Shown here in pieces: positions 33,970-42,893 of a stretch of 64,000 nt of DNA. Origin of the DNA: Chloroflexota bacterium (GTDB taxonomy: Bacteria; Chloroflexota; Chloroflexia; QHBQ01); contig JAYUUN010000071.1 in NCBI GenBank assembly GCA_043754535.1, positions 24,115 to 88,114 on the forward strand, written 5' to 3'. Each line of letters starts with the position of its first letter. Positions within the stretch are counted from its first letter, which is position 1. The position numbers were made by a program, and so were the translations under genes. Below the pieces are notes generated by a model. That model was not told where the DNA came from and did not search any database. It saw only the letters and a list, made by a program, of their open reading frames with translations.

Positions 33970-35820
33970 CTAGCGTTGGGTAACAGTGGCAGAGACAGTG
34001 GCGGTGGCGGTTAGAGTAGCGGTGGCGGTTAGAGTAGCAGTGGCCGGTACTGTGGCGGTGGCGATTAGAGTGGTGGTGGCAGTCACTGTGCTGCTGGCGG
34101 ATACGGTGGGCGTGGTAGTTGGCACAGTTGGCTGCTGGATGCCGAGGTATAGCATCTTGCTAATCTGCGCCCGCATCACGCTCGCGTTGGGGGCGAACGT
34201 TGTCGCACTCAGGCCGTTGATAATCCCCCGGTTGTAGGCCGTCTCCACTGCTGCATAGGCGAAGTGGCCGCTCGGCACGTCGCTGAAGTGCGGCCCGCCC
34301 GCCGTGTTCGTCGGCCAGCCATAAGCCCGCACCAGGATTAGCGCAGTCTGCGCCCGGCTGATCGATAGGTTGGGGCGGAAGCTACCGTCCTGGTAACCAG
34401 TGATCGCAGCATTGGCCGCCGCCGTCTCTACGTAGGTGTAGAGTGGATTGCTGGCTGGCACGTCGTTGAAGCTGGGCGTAGCAGGGTTGAGCAGCGCCCA
34501 GCCTCGTGCCAGGCTGATCATCTTGGCGAACTGCACGCGGGTAGTGGCGGCATTGGGGCTGAAGTTGCCGCTACCCGTACCAGCCAGCACCCCACGGCAG
34601 CTAAGGTCATGGATGTATTGGTAGGCCCAGTAGGTGGAGGGTACGTCGCTGTAGCTATCGGAGCAGGGGGCATAGTAATGCAGTAGGCTGGTACCAATGG
34701 CCCAGCCCTCAGTTGGGCTGACAAAGCTGAGGCTAACTACCGAGCCAGGTAGCATTACCATACTAAGTGTACCGTCAAGGTAGTGCAAAGCTCCACCAGT
34801 TTGTGTTGCTTGCCACGCTTCGGTTGGTGAAGTAAAGTACCACGGCCCAACACCCTCTGGAAGGAAGCCAGACGGTATAATGGCCCATGTGCTACCGTCC
34901 CAGCGATAGGTTACAGGTGTACGTCCTTGTAGTACGCGAGTCATGAGACCCATGGTGGGTGAGTAAAAGGTTAGCACCGGTACCTCATGAGTACCTATGC
35001 CACCTGAGTCCAGATCATACAGCTGCCAGGTTCCACTAACCCAATGGGCCAGACCCCTAAAGTTAAATGGCTGACCGAGACCATGCACTCCACCTACCCA
35101 GACATCATTCGGGCCTATCATTGCAATGCTGGTCAGGCTACATGGCTCAGTGGAGCCACAAGGATTGCTGATCTGTGTCCTGTCACTTCCTACAAAGTGG
35201 AAGACAAAACCGTCGAGGATCGCCCAGCCTTCGTTAGCGTTGAGGAAGCTATATGCATCCACTGTGGCAGAGTTGAGACGGGTAGAACCACTGGTCGAGG
35301 CAGACCAATGACCATTGAGTAGCCGAAAGAGTACAGGGCTGGATAGCTGCGTACTGGTAATGAGGCCCAAAGCTGCGCCACCATTGGCGAACAACTGCAT
35401 ACTGCTGACGCTGTACGTGGCTCCATTGGGGCCAGTATTGGTGAACACATCGCTAACTTGCCAACTGCTACCATTGTAGTTGAGAAAGCTGATGCCAGTT
35501 AGGTCAGTCCGTACGAGCCACCCCTGGTTAGTACTGGTGAAGGCAAAGGTTTGTACTGCACTCTGATCTGTAGAAGTCCAGGTCGTGCCATTGTAGCGGT
35601 AGAGCCGGTGTTGTTCACCACTGACCAGCCAACCATCAGTTGCGCTAGTCATCTGAATGTGGTTGCCACTTAGCTGCTCCCCTCCCTGACTGTAGACGTA
35701 CCAGCTTGGTGGCGGTGCCACCTGTGGTTGGCTGGGAGCCATGGGCTTCGCTAGCTGTGGGCTGGCTGCACTGCCAAGCGGCATGATGAGGAGGATTAGG
35801 AGTGGTAAGGTGGCAATCAT
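33970..35820 (-). CDS. Secreted beta-propeller-like (Ycf48/BNR-like repeats) protein with three SLH domains and a C-terminal Thr/Ala/Val-rich tail
   Basis: Signal peptide. About seven repeats ending in xxxGW(A/L)(V/I) (TDGWLVS, NQGWLVR, NEGWAIL, NDVWVGG, TEAWQAT, TEGWAIG). SLH units YSDVPSTYWAYQYIHDLSCRGVLAG, FNDVPASNPLYTYVETAAANAAITGY, FSDVPSGHFAYAAVETAYNRGIING. Confidence 0.8.
   Translation of the reverse strand: MIATLPLLILLIMPLGSAASPQLAKPMAPSQPQVAPPPSWYVYSQGGEQLSGNHIQMTSATDGWLVSGEQHRLYRYNGTTWTSTDQSAVQTFAFTSTNQGWLVRTDLTGISFLNYNGSSWQVSDVFTNTGPNGATYSVSSMQLFANGGAALGLITSTQLSSPVLFRLLNGHWSASTSGSTRLNSATVDAYSFLNANEGWAILDGFVFHFVGSDRTQISNPCGSTEPCSLTSIAMIGPNDVWVGGVHGLGQPFNFRGLAHWVSGTWQLYDLDSGGIGTHEVPVLTFYSPTMGLMTRVLQGRTPVTYRWDGSTWAIIPSGFLPEGVGPWYFTSPTEAWQATQTGGALHYLDGTLSMVMLPGSVVSLSFVSPTEGWAIGTSLLHYYAPCSDSYSDVPSTYWAYQYIHDLSCRGVLAGTGSGNFSPNAATTRVQFAKMISLARGWALLNPATPSFNDVPASNPLYTYVETAAANAAITGYQDGSFRPNLSISRAQTALILVRAYGWPTNTAGGPHFSDVPSGHFAYAAVETAYNRGIINGLSATTFAPNASVMRAQISKMLYLGIQQPTVPTTTPTVSASSTVTATTTLIATATVPATATLTATATLTATATVSATVTQR
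33973..34140 (-). repeat. In-frame Thr/Ala/Leu/Val low-complexity coding repeats at the 3' end of the SLH propeller gene
   Basis: gcggtggcggttagagta is repeated. Translates as ...TVTATTTLIATATVPATATLTATATLTATATVSATVTQR. Confidence 0.75.
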
Positions 35821-36200
35821 GTGCTTCTTTATAGTTTAGCCTTTCTATAGTTGGTTACACCGCACTATCTGTCAACGGTTTAATGGTTTAGCCGTATATA
35901 ATTGTAACACACGGCAGTTGCCAGTGCAACTTTAGGCCAACGCACTGCTGATTAGCTAGTAAGCTGCGCTCTGCCCTATCATCTCTGGATAAAAAGCCAG
36001 ATGTTACCAAGGCCGCTAGGTAGACCTTGTAGGTTGTTACCAATCCCATGTCGTTAGCCACTGCACCTTGCTCTAACCAGAGGATATTGCACCAGCTTTA
36101 CACAGGGCCAATAGGGGCCTGTTGATCAGCGAACCTGAGAGGAACAAAATGCTCGCTGGCAGATAGCCTCAAGGCATGAACTCGCCTGATTGCCAACCAC

Positions 36201-36229
36201 TTGACAAGCGAACGAATGTGCGCCATAAT
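36201..36229 (+). promoter_or_regulatory. Putative promoter TTGACA-17-CATAAT for the M23 peptidase gene
   Basis: acTTGACAagcgaacgaatgtgcgcCATAATagg. It lies inside the track ORF's 5' extension, which supports the downstream ATG at 36263. Confidence 0.55.
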
Positions 36230-36262
36230 AGGGGAACATATGTTCAGGTGGAGGTAAGGACG

Positions 36263-37018
36263 ATGATTGCACAGCAAGGGGCGAGGATGAGCAACAAGGC
36301 TACATATGTGGCAGGGGCGGCCCTACTCGTTGGTGTAGTCATTGTGCTGACCCTGCTTACCCACCAGCAGGCGAAGCCGGTCTTTAGCTCCTGGTCGGGA
36401 GGCAACAGCGGTACACCCTTCACCGCCTTGCAAGTAGGGGGGGTACGGCGTGAAGATGAGGGGCGAACCCATCCGCCCGCCAGTGACTACCGCGGGCCGA
36501 ACGACGAGGACAAGCCTTGGGGCCGCCCGATTGACCCTAGCCGCGACGACTGGCGCATTACGCAGACCAACGCCGAACATTGGCAGAACGAGGGGTTGGG
36601 CGGCCTCGACTTTGCCTTCGTCGGCAACCGTGCCGCCAGCGGCAGCCCCTTGCACGCCACCGAACGTGGGCTGGTTGGCACGCTCAAGGATCGGGCCGAT
36701 GGTACTGGCTACGGCAACGCCGTCTACATCCTCGGCTACGTCAACCCGGCTACCGGCATGAGCTATAACACCGTCTACGGCCACTTCAGCAAGGTGGCGG
36801 TCAAGGACGGTGATGCGGTGAAGCGCGGTGACCGGTTGGGTGAGATGGGCAGCACCGGCTTCTCCAGCGGCCCACACATCCATTACGAAGTCTGGCAGTG
36901 CCAGAGGCCAGCCACAACGGTGGTGGCGGGCATCAAGCCAGGCGAAGTCAACCATAGCAGTAGCGAGTGCAAGACGATTGACCCACAGCCCTTCACCGTA
37001 GAGGTTAATCCTCAGTAG
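36263..37018 (+). CDS. M23-family (LytM-type) metallopeptidase, membrane-anchored
   Basis: TM anchor (YVAGAALLVGVVIVLTLL). M23 motifs GNAVYILGY...TVYGHFSKVAVKDGDAVKRGDRLGEMGSTGFSSGPHIHYEVW. GGTGGAGG Shine-Dalgarno before the ATG at 36263. Confidence 0.85.
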   Translation: MIAQQGARMSNKATYVAGAALLVGVVIVLTLLTHQQAKPVFSSWSGGNSGTPFTALQVGGVRREDEGRTHPPASDYRGPNDEDKPWGRPIDPSRDDWRITQTNAEHWQNEGLGGLDFAFVGNRAASGSPLHATERGLVGTLKDRADGTGYGNAVYILGYVNPATGMSYNTVYGHFSKVAVKDGDAVKRGDRLGEMGSTGFSSGPHIHYEVWQCQRPATTVVAGIKPGEVNHSSSECKTIDPQPFTVEVNPQ

Positions 37019-37029
37019 CAGCAGGCAGG

Positions 37030-37578
37030 CTAGCGGCGAAAGACACCGCTGCGGGCTACCGGCTGGCTATTTTGCGGACTGCTTGGCAGCACGTCCCCCT
37101 TCTCCACATCCGCATCGTTAGTACCAGGGGCAGCACCGCCGCTACTCAAGCGGGCGCGCCCGTTGCGGACGACGCGCAGTTGCTGGGCCAACAACTCCTC
37201 AAAGTCGGTCAGCACCTGCGAGGCATAGCTGTCGGCTCCCACCCGAATGCGGTCGGCTTCCTCCTCCGACTCGCGGATGATGCGGTCGGCCTGCTCCTGA
37301 CTGGCCTTGAGCAGCCCCTTCTCCTGCAACATGAAGTCAGCCTGCTCCTTCGCCATGCGGATAATCTCGTCCGCCTCAGAGTGCGCGTTGTCAATGATCC
37401 GTTCGCGCTCGGCCAGGATGCGCTTAGACTGCTTGATCTCGTCGGGGATGACAGCGTGCATCTGGTCGACCAGCGAGGTGAGAGCCTCCTCGTCGATCAT
37501 CACCTTGCTAGTCATCGGCACCTTGCGGCCCGCGACGATCAGGGCTTCCAGGCGGTCAATCAGGTATTGAATATCCAA
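37030..37578 (-). CDS. Coiled-coil protein of unknown function (ATP-synthase b/V-ATPase-G-like heptads), last gene of the rsmD-coaD operon
   Basis: 182 aa, rich in E/R/A/I heptads (...EIKQSKRILAERERIIDNAHSEADEIIRMAKEQADFMLQEKG...). No TM helix. Confidence 0.5.
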   Translation of the reverse strand: MDIQYLIDRLEALIVAGRKVPMTSKVMIDEEALTSLVDQMHAVIPDEIKQSKRILAERERIIDNAHSEADEIIRMAKEQADFMLQEKGLLKASQEQADRIIRESEEEADRIRVGADSYASQVLTDFEELLAQQLRVVRNGRARLSSGGAAPGTNDADVEKGDVLPSSPQNSQPVARSGVFRR

Positions 37579-37592
37579 GTCTCATCCCCCCT

Positions 37593-38093
37593 TCAGATGC
37601 CCAGCTTACCATACGCCTGCTTGAGGGCGAGGTGAACGTGGGCTGGCACCAGGCTGGATACGTCGCCGCCCATGCGCGCCACATCCTTCGCAATCGTCGA
37701 ACTGACATAGCTGTGTTCAGCACTGGCGATCAGGCAGACGGTCTCCACATCGGGCGCGAGTTGGTGGTTGACGCGGGCTAGCTGGAACTCCCAATCGTAG
37801 TCGGTGTTGCTGCGGATGCCCCTGATCATCACCTGCGCGCCCACCTTGCGGGCATACTCGACGGTAAGCACATTATAACCCGTGACCGTCACATTCTCAA
37901 GCCCCAATTCAACCAACGCCTGCTCGATCATGCTGCTACGTTGCGTGAGGCTAAAGACTACGTTCTTGAGGGCCGGGCTATCGAACACAGCGACGATCAG
38001 CCGATCATAGAGGCGGCCCGCCCGCTGGATGATGTCCAGGTGGCCGTTAGTTACCGGGTCAAAAGTAGCAGGATAGAGTGCGATCCTCTCCAC
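37593..38093 (-). CDS. coaD: Phosphopantetheine adenylyltransferase
   Basis: IALYPATFDPVTNGHLDIIQRA...IRGIRSNTDYDWEFQLA...SSTIAKDV is the canonical CoaD sequence. Confidence 0.93.
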   Translation of the reverse strand: MERIALYPATFDPVTNGHLDIIQRAGRLYDRLIVAVFDSPALKNVVFSLTQRSSMIEQALVELGLENVTVTGYNVLTVEYARKVGAQVMIRGIRSNTDYDWEFQLARVNHQLAPDVETVCLIASAEHSYVSSTIAKDVARMGGDVSSLVPAHVHLALKQAYGKLGI

Positions 38094-38099
38094 TGAGCA

Positions 38100-38687
38100 T
38101 CACTCCTTGTTGGTTGGTGGTTCGGCGGCAAGCTGGTAGAGCGAAAAGTCGGAGTCGCCGTAGCTACGGTGGCGGATGCGGTGCAGCAAGCCGTACTGCT
38201 CGTCCAGCCCAACGCGGGACGAGTGACCGACGACGAACACCCCATCGGCTGCCAGCAAGCCAGCTTCGCCCACCGACAGCAGCATCTGCGGGATCGTGGG
38301 GTCGGCGTAGGGTGGGTCTGCGAATATTATATCATAAGCCACAACCGTGCCTTCTGCACGTGGCGGGCTGCTGACAAACTGGGCGACGGCACGCTGATGT
38401 ACCTTGCCGCGCTCGGCCAGGCCAGTCGTTTCCAGGTTACTACGGATGATGCGGCAGACGGTGGCGTTCTGCTCCACGAAGTCGGCGTGGCCTGCCCCCC
38501 GCGAGAGGGCCTCCACACCCAACGAACCAGTGCCAGCGAACAGGTCTAGCACCTGCGCCTGCTCGAAGCCGAAGGGAGCAAGGATGTTGAACAGAGCCTC
38601 CTTCACCTTGTCGGTCATCGGGCGGGTGCCAGCACCGGGTGGCCCCTTCAAGGCGCGGCTACGAGCGGTACCTGCGATCACTCTCAC
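38100..38687 (-). CDS. rsmD: 16S rRNA (guanine966-N2)-methyltransferase RsmD
   Basis: (V)RVIAGTARSRALKGPPGAGTRPMTDKVKEALFNIL...VLDLFAGTGSLGVEALSRGA...IFADPPY. The GTG at 38687 has a GAGAGGAGA Shine-Dalgarno 8 nt upstream, so the 50 extra track codons were dropped. Confidence 0.85.
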   Translation of the reverse strand: MRVIAGTARSRALKGPPGAGTRPMTDKVKEALFNILAPFGFEQAQVLDLFAGTGSLGVEALSRGAGHADFVEQNATVCRIIRSNLETTGLAERGKVHQRAVAQFVSSPPRAEGTVVAYDIIFADPPYADPTIPQMLLSVGEAGLLAADGVFVVGHSSRVGLDEQYGLLHRIRHRSYGDSDFSLYQLAAEPPTNKE

Positions 38688-38853
38688 CCGGTGGTCTCCT
38701 CTCGTGTACTTCTTCCGCAACTGGCGTGCCGTCATTATAGCACACGCAAGGAGCAGGGCTGCCATCGTAGCATATGCAGCGAACCGTTGGCCCACTGCCA
38801 CTGTGTTGTATGGTGAAGGGGGTTCAGCTTGCGGCAAGGGAGTCAGCGAAAAC

Positions 38854-38883
38854 TTGACAAAGCCAGCAAAGCTGTTCTACAAT
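38854..38883 (+). promoter_or_regulatory. Promoter TTGACA-18-TACAAT placed 5 nt before an ATG (leaderless transcript predicted)
   Basis: acTTGACAaagccagcaaagctgttcTACAATaactcATG. No room for a Shine-Dalgarno. Confidence 0.6.
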
Positions 38884-38888
38884 AACTC

Positions 38889-39431
38889 ATGAACGAAGAT
38901 AGTGCTGCTGCCACCACCCGCCCACTACGGCGCAAGGGCCGCCTGCTTGCCAACATGGAAACGCATGGCAATGTTACCCGCTATTACTACCCGGCGGCCC
39001 TCTACCTGGTGCCAGCAACGATGCTGGGGGCGGTCTTGTTGATGGAGGCACTTGGCTTCTTCATCCCCTTCTTTGGGCAGTTCACCTGCCTGGCGATTGG
39101 CTTGGGCCTGCCGTCTGCGCTGCTGGCTCTGCGCTACTATCTGAAGCGCAACATCGAACTTGTGACCGACGATTACCACCTCACCTACTGCGACGGGCGC
39201 GACGTGTTGCAAGTGCATTGGCTGGAGTTGTGGGAGATGGAACAGGTAGACACTATCATGGGCAGCAAGCAGATCGCCTGGTGCGAGGTTCGTACCAAAC
39301 AGGGCCGCTTCCGCTTCGACCAGGACATGATCAACTACGAACTGCTGGTGCGGACGATCATCAAGCGGGCGCGCCTCGGCGTAAACAAGCGCACCGGGCA
39401 CAGTATCCTCTGGCTAAAGGGCTACAGATAG
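38889..39431 (+). CDS. Hypothetical two-TM membrane protein with a C-terminal PH-like soluble domain
   Basis: 180 aa. Two TM helices (YYYPAALYLVPATMLGAVLLM, FGQFTCLAIGLGLPSALLAL). I recognise no family motif. Confidence 0.5.
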   Translation: MNEDSAAATTRPLRRKGRLLANMETHGNVTRYYYPAALYLVPATMLGAVLLMEALGFFIPFFGQFTCLAIGLGLPSALLALRYYLKRNIELVTDDYHLTYCDGRDVLQVHWLELWEMEQVDTIMGSKQIAWCEVRTKQGRFRFDQDMINYELLVRTIIKRARLGVNKRTGHSILWLKGYR

Positions 39432-40793
39432 GTGGATGTTAGAGAGCGTCTCAAGTTGATGAGCAGCAGCATGAAGGGTCAGTTGAGGGCTGGCACGAGC
39501 AGCCATGCCCACGATGGGCCGCCCAGCACCGAAGATGACCTGCGCGAGATCAGCAGCGAGGGCCGCCCGCTCACCGCCCCCTTCATCCCCTACCACGCCT
39601 TCGACCGCTCCCACCCCGCTGCCCTGGTCACCCGCCCTGCCCGCCCAATCCATGAGGTGATGCGTGGCGAGACAGTGGATACGCCGCACGGTAGCTGCTA
39701 TCTTGTCCGCACCCGCCACCACCTGGATGGCCTGCATGGCAGCCTGCCCTTGCGCGCATCCCTCGGCCACGACACACCCAGCCTGCTCCCCCTGTTGACC
39801 AAAGAGCGTAGTTTCTGTGACTTCGACCTGCGCCGCGCCGCCTTTATTGATACTGAGACGACCGGACTGGCGGGCGGCACTGGCACTTACGCCTTCCTGG
39901 TCGGCCTCGGCTACATCGCGGGCGATCACTTCGAGGTCTGCCAGTTCTTTATGCGCGACTTCGTGGACGAGAGGGCGATGCTGCACGCAATCAACCTGCG
40001 CTGTCGTGAACTCGGCCTGGATAGCATCGTCAGCTTCAACGGTCGCTGCTTCGACCTGCCCCTCTTGCAGACGCGCTACACCATGTCGCGGATGCGCTTC
40101 GGCATGAGCGAGCCGCTGCACCTTGACTTGCTGGCCCCCTCACGGCGGGTTTGGCGCGGACGGTTGGAAAGTTGTACCCTCCGCAACATTGAGGAGACAG
40201 TGATTGGCTTGCGGCGTAGTTCGGCAGACGTGCCAGGCTGGTTGATCCCCACCCTCTACTTTGACTACCTGCGTAGCGGCAACGCTGCCCCCCTACGGCG
40301 CGTCTTCTACCACAACCAGCAGGATATAGTTTCGATGCTCGCCCTGGTGCAGCACCTCTGCGCCGCCTTTAGCAGCCCCGATGCTCTGGAATACTCCGCC
40401 GACCTACTGGGGGTAGCCCGCTGCTACGAGGAGCAGGGTCAGCCCCAAAGAGCGATTGCGATCTACAGCCTGGCCCTGGAGCGAGCGGACGGTAGCAGCG
40501 AACGCGCCTCAGTGATCGCCCGCCTTGCTGCCCTCCACAAGCGGCTGGGTAGCAGTGACGAGGCTACCCTGCTTTGGGAGCGACTGGTGGCCGAGGGTAC
40601 GCCGCTGCTGTTTCCCTACATCGAGCTAGCCATGCACCACGAACACCGCACCCGCAACTACGCTGTCGCTGCCCAGTTGACGACTACCGCCTGCGACCTC
40701 GCCCGCCGCCAGCGTGCCAAAGAGCTAGCCGGGATCGAGAAACGACTGCTGCGCCTGGAGAAGAAGATGCAGCCGAAGGTGAAGCAGCCCTGA
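39432..40793 (+). CDS. YprB-like RNase-H-fold 3'-5' exonuclease domain protein fused to C-terminal TPR repeats
   Basis: AAFIDTETTGLAGGTGTYAFLVGLGY...FFMRDFVDERAML...VSFNGRCFDLPLLQTRY...YHNQQDIVSM show DEDD-like exonuclease motifs. The C-terminus is TPR-like (LGVARCYEEQGQPQRAIAIYSLAL...). The start is uncertain: GTG at 39432 or ATG at 39461. Confidence 0.65.
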   Translation: MDVRERLKLMSSSMKGQLRAGTSSHAHDGPPSTEDDLREISSEGRPLTAPFIPYHAFDRSHPAALVTRPARPIHEVMRGETVDTPHGSCYLVRTRHHLDGLHGSLPLRASLGHDTPSLLPLLTKERSFCDFDLRRAAFIDTETTGLAGGTGTYAFLVGLGYIAGDHFEVCQFFMRDFVDERAMLHAINLRCRELGLDSIVSFNGRCFDLPLLQTRYTMSRMRFGMSEPLHLDLLAPSRRVWRGRLESCTLRNIEETVIGLRRSSADVPGWLIPTLYFDYLRSGNAAPLRRVFYHNQQDIVSMLALVQHLCAAFSSPDALEYSADLLGVARCYEEQGQPQRAIAIYSLALERADGSSERASVIARLAALHKRLGSSDEATLLWERLVAEGTPLLFPYIELAMHHEHRTRNYAVAAQLTTTACDLARRQRAKELAGIEKRLLRLEKKMQPKVKQP

Positions 40794-40893
40794 CTGCGCA
40801 GATGCTCATTGCTAAAGCTGCCTACCAGCGGATTGGCAGCGAGTCTGGTTTCTGCTAGCCAGCCTCACAAAGGGCAGGATCGTTGGCCTACAC

Positions 40894-40922
40894 TTGACAT
40901 CGGACAGGGAGCAGCTTATACT
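40894..40922 (+). promoter_or_regulatory. Near-consensus promoter TTGACA-17-TATACT for yhhQ
   Basis: acTTGACAtcggacagggagcagctTATACTttg, about 42 nt upstream of the ATG at 40965. Confidence 0.65.
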
Positions 40923-40964
40923 TTGCAAACCTGACATTATCTGTCCTATCGGAGACCAGCCCCC

Positions 40965-41732
40965 ATGCAAAAGTACCAAGCCCCCCCTGCGGCCCGGTTT
41001 AGCCCCTGGTTCGTCGTCACCGCCTGCCTGTTCGTCACCTGCCTGATCATGGCGAACATCCTCAGCGGGGCGCGCTTCTTCACCCTACCGCTCGACCCCT
41101 TCCACCTGTTCGGCAGCGATGGCAACCTTAGCATTGACGGTGGCACGATCATCTTCCCGGTCGCCTATATCGTCAGCGATGTGCTAACCGAGGTCTATGG
41201 CTACCGCATGGCCCGTGTGGTGATTTGGATCGGCTTCGTCTGCAACCTGTTGGCGGTCGGCGCGATCTACCTGCTCAGTCTGCTGCCCGACGCAGCGGGG
41301 GCCGAGCATCAGTTGGCCTACAGCACCATCTTCGGCCTAAGTTGGAAGATTTTGCTTGCCAGCTTCGTTGCCTACCTGGTAGGCGAGTTCGCCAACTCGT
41401 TCGTGCTAGCGAAGATGAAGGTCTGGACCAAAGGCCACTACCTGTGGACACGTACCATCGGCAGCACCTTGATTGGTGAAGGGCTAGATAGTGTGATCTT
41501 CGGCACCCTGGCCTTCTCTGCTCTGCTGGGCCGCGACGCATTGACCCTGGATGGAGGCCTGCTGGTCGGCTATGTCCTCAGCCAGTGGCTGCTAAAAACA
41601 CTGTACGAGATGCTAGCAACTCCCCTTACTTACCTGGTGGTTGGTAGGCTCAAGCAGGCCGAGCAGAGCGATGCTTACGATTATGATACCGACTTCAACC
41701 CCTTCAACCTGTCCAGCACCGCTTCGGCGTAG
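40965..41732 (+). CDS. yhhQ: Queuosine-precursor transporter, YhhQ/DUF165 family
   Basis: LFVTCLIMANILSGARFFTLP...GGTIIFPVAYIVSDVLTEVYGYRMARVVIWIGF...LIGEGLDSVIF are family-typical motifs. About 6-7 TM helices. Confidence 0.85.
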   Translation: MQKYQAPPAARFSPWFVVTACLFVTCLIMANILSGARFFTLPLDPFHLFGSDGNLSIDGGTIIFPVAYIVSDVLTEVYGYRMARVVIWIGFVCNLLAVGAIYLLSLLPDAAGAEHQLAYSTIFGLSWKILLASFVAYLVGEFANSFVLAKMKVWTKGHYLWTRTIGSTLIGEGLDSVIFGTLAFSALLGRDALTLDGGLLVGYVLSQWLLKTLYEMLATPLTYLVVGRLKQAEQSDAYDYDTDFNPFNLSSTASA

Positions 41733-41750
41733 CACACGAGGGGGGATTTC

Positions 41751-42893
41751 GTGATGCACGAGCCGCAAGAGCAGCCGGGCTGGTTGGAGGCGGAACTGGC
41801 CGATGACATTGGGGCTTTTATAGAAGCCACCTGCCCCGCCCTCGGCGACGAGCAGCAGGAGCGGGCAGCCTGGGGTGGTGGAGTATTCAACGCCCTGGCC
41901 CTACGCCTTTTTGCCTACCAGTGCGAGGCCAACCCCGTTTATGCTGACTGGTGTCAGCGGCGAGGAGTGCGCCCAGATCGCATCACCAACTGGCGCGAGA
42001 TACCCGCCGTCCCCCTGAGCGAACTGAGATACGTGTCAGTCAGCACCGGGGTTGGTACGGGAGCAGCCGCCTTGCCGCTGCGCCAACACCAACTCTACCT
42101 CTACCTGACTGCCCTGATGCCCAACTTGCACGCTCACCTCTTTCCAGACATGGCTGAGAGCCAGCGGTTGCACATGGTCACGGTCGCCCAGCGGCTCGAC
42201 CCCAACCCAGAGGCTGCCCGCGTCTTCAGTGCGGCGGCGATCAAATACGCGCTGGCGGGTAGCGGCAGCTTCACCGACAACTACATAGAGGCGATGAAGT
42301 GCCTGATCGACGGCGAGAGCAGCGGCGAACGCATCTGTATCATGGGTGGGGCGAAGGCGATTATCATGCTGGCCGAGTATTGCGCGATGGCGGGCCGCCG
42401 CTTCCACCTCAACCCCCGCAGCCGCCTGCTCTACTCGTGCAGCGACGAGCAGGAGCGCGCGAAGATGTACGCCCGCGTAGAGCGCGTGTTCGGCATTAGC
42501 AGGGCATGGTGCGTGCGCCTCTACAGCCCAGCCCCTGGTGGCAGCCAGTTCTATGACAGTGGGCTACGCCAGCGGATCAGTCAGTACGAAGTGACCTCCG
42601 AAGCTGACTACCTGCAAGGCCCACCCTGGACGCGCCTGGTGGTGCGTAACCCGAATGGCGGCACGGCACCGCTGGGCAGCAGCGGCCAACTCTGCGTCTG
42701 CGACCTGAGCAACCTCGGCGCACTGATGATGGTACAGACCAATGGTGAGGGCCGCATGGTTACGGCTACGGTGGGCCAGCGCGAGCGGTTCGCCCTGGCT
42801 TTAGTCGCTGGTGCTGGCTCACCAACAGCACTAAGGCTGGGCAGCGGCCCCTTGCGGCTGCAATCTGCTCGCCACCACCTCACCCAAGGGTAG
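41751..42893 (+). CDS. Divergent LuxE-like acyl-protein synthetase / adenylate-forming enzyme family protein
   Basis: The N-terminal region LRLFAYQCEANPVYADWCQRRGVRPDRITNWREIPAVPLSELRY parallels the LuxE pattern (YQ..N..Y..FC...GV......IP..P...FK). The expected TSSGTSG nucleotide motif is degenerate (VSTGVGTG). Confidence 0.4.
   Translation: MMHEPQEQPGWLEAELADDIGAFIEATCPALGDEQQERAAWGGGVFNALALRLFAYQCEANPVYADWCQRRGVRPDRITNWREIPAVPLSELRYVSVSTGVGTGAAALPLRQHQLYLYLTALMPNLHAHLFPDMAESQRLHMVTVAQRLDPNPEAARVFSAAAIKYALAGSGSFTDNYIEAMKCLIDGESSGERICIMGGAKAIIMLAEYCAMAGRRFHLNPRSRLLYSCSDEQERAKMYARVERVFGISRAWCVRLYSPAPGGSQFYDSGLRQRISQYEVTSEADYLQGPPWTRLVVRNPNGGTAPLGSSGQLCVCDLSNLGALMMVQTNGEGRMVTATVGQRERFALALVAGAGSPTALRLGSGPLRLQSARHHLTQG

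Noticed and set aside
35821-36200. A 380-440-nt lower-GC non-coding gap between divergent genes, considered as a possible sRNA gene or degraded mobile element.
   Set aside because: It contains only short hairpins (gccgt...acggc, agttgc-cagt-gcaact). There is no terminator-like end, no inverted terminal repeats and no ORF remnants. It is most simply a divergent promoter region.
40923-40964. Possible preQ1 riboswitch in front of the queuosine-precursor transporter yhhQ.
   Set aside because: The predicted leader is only about 40 nt. By eye I could not find the conserved preQ1-I/II core or a convincing pseudoknot. A covariance-model scan would be needed before any claim.
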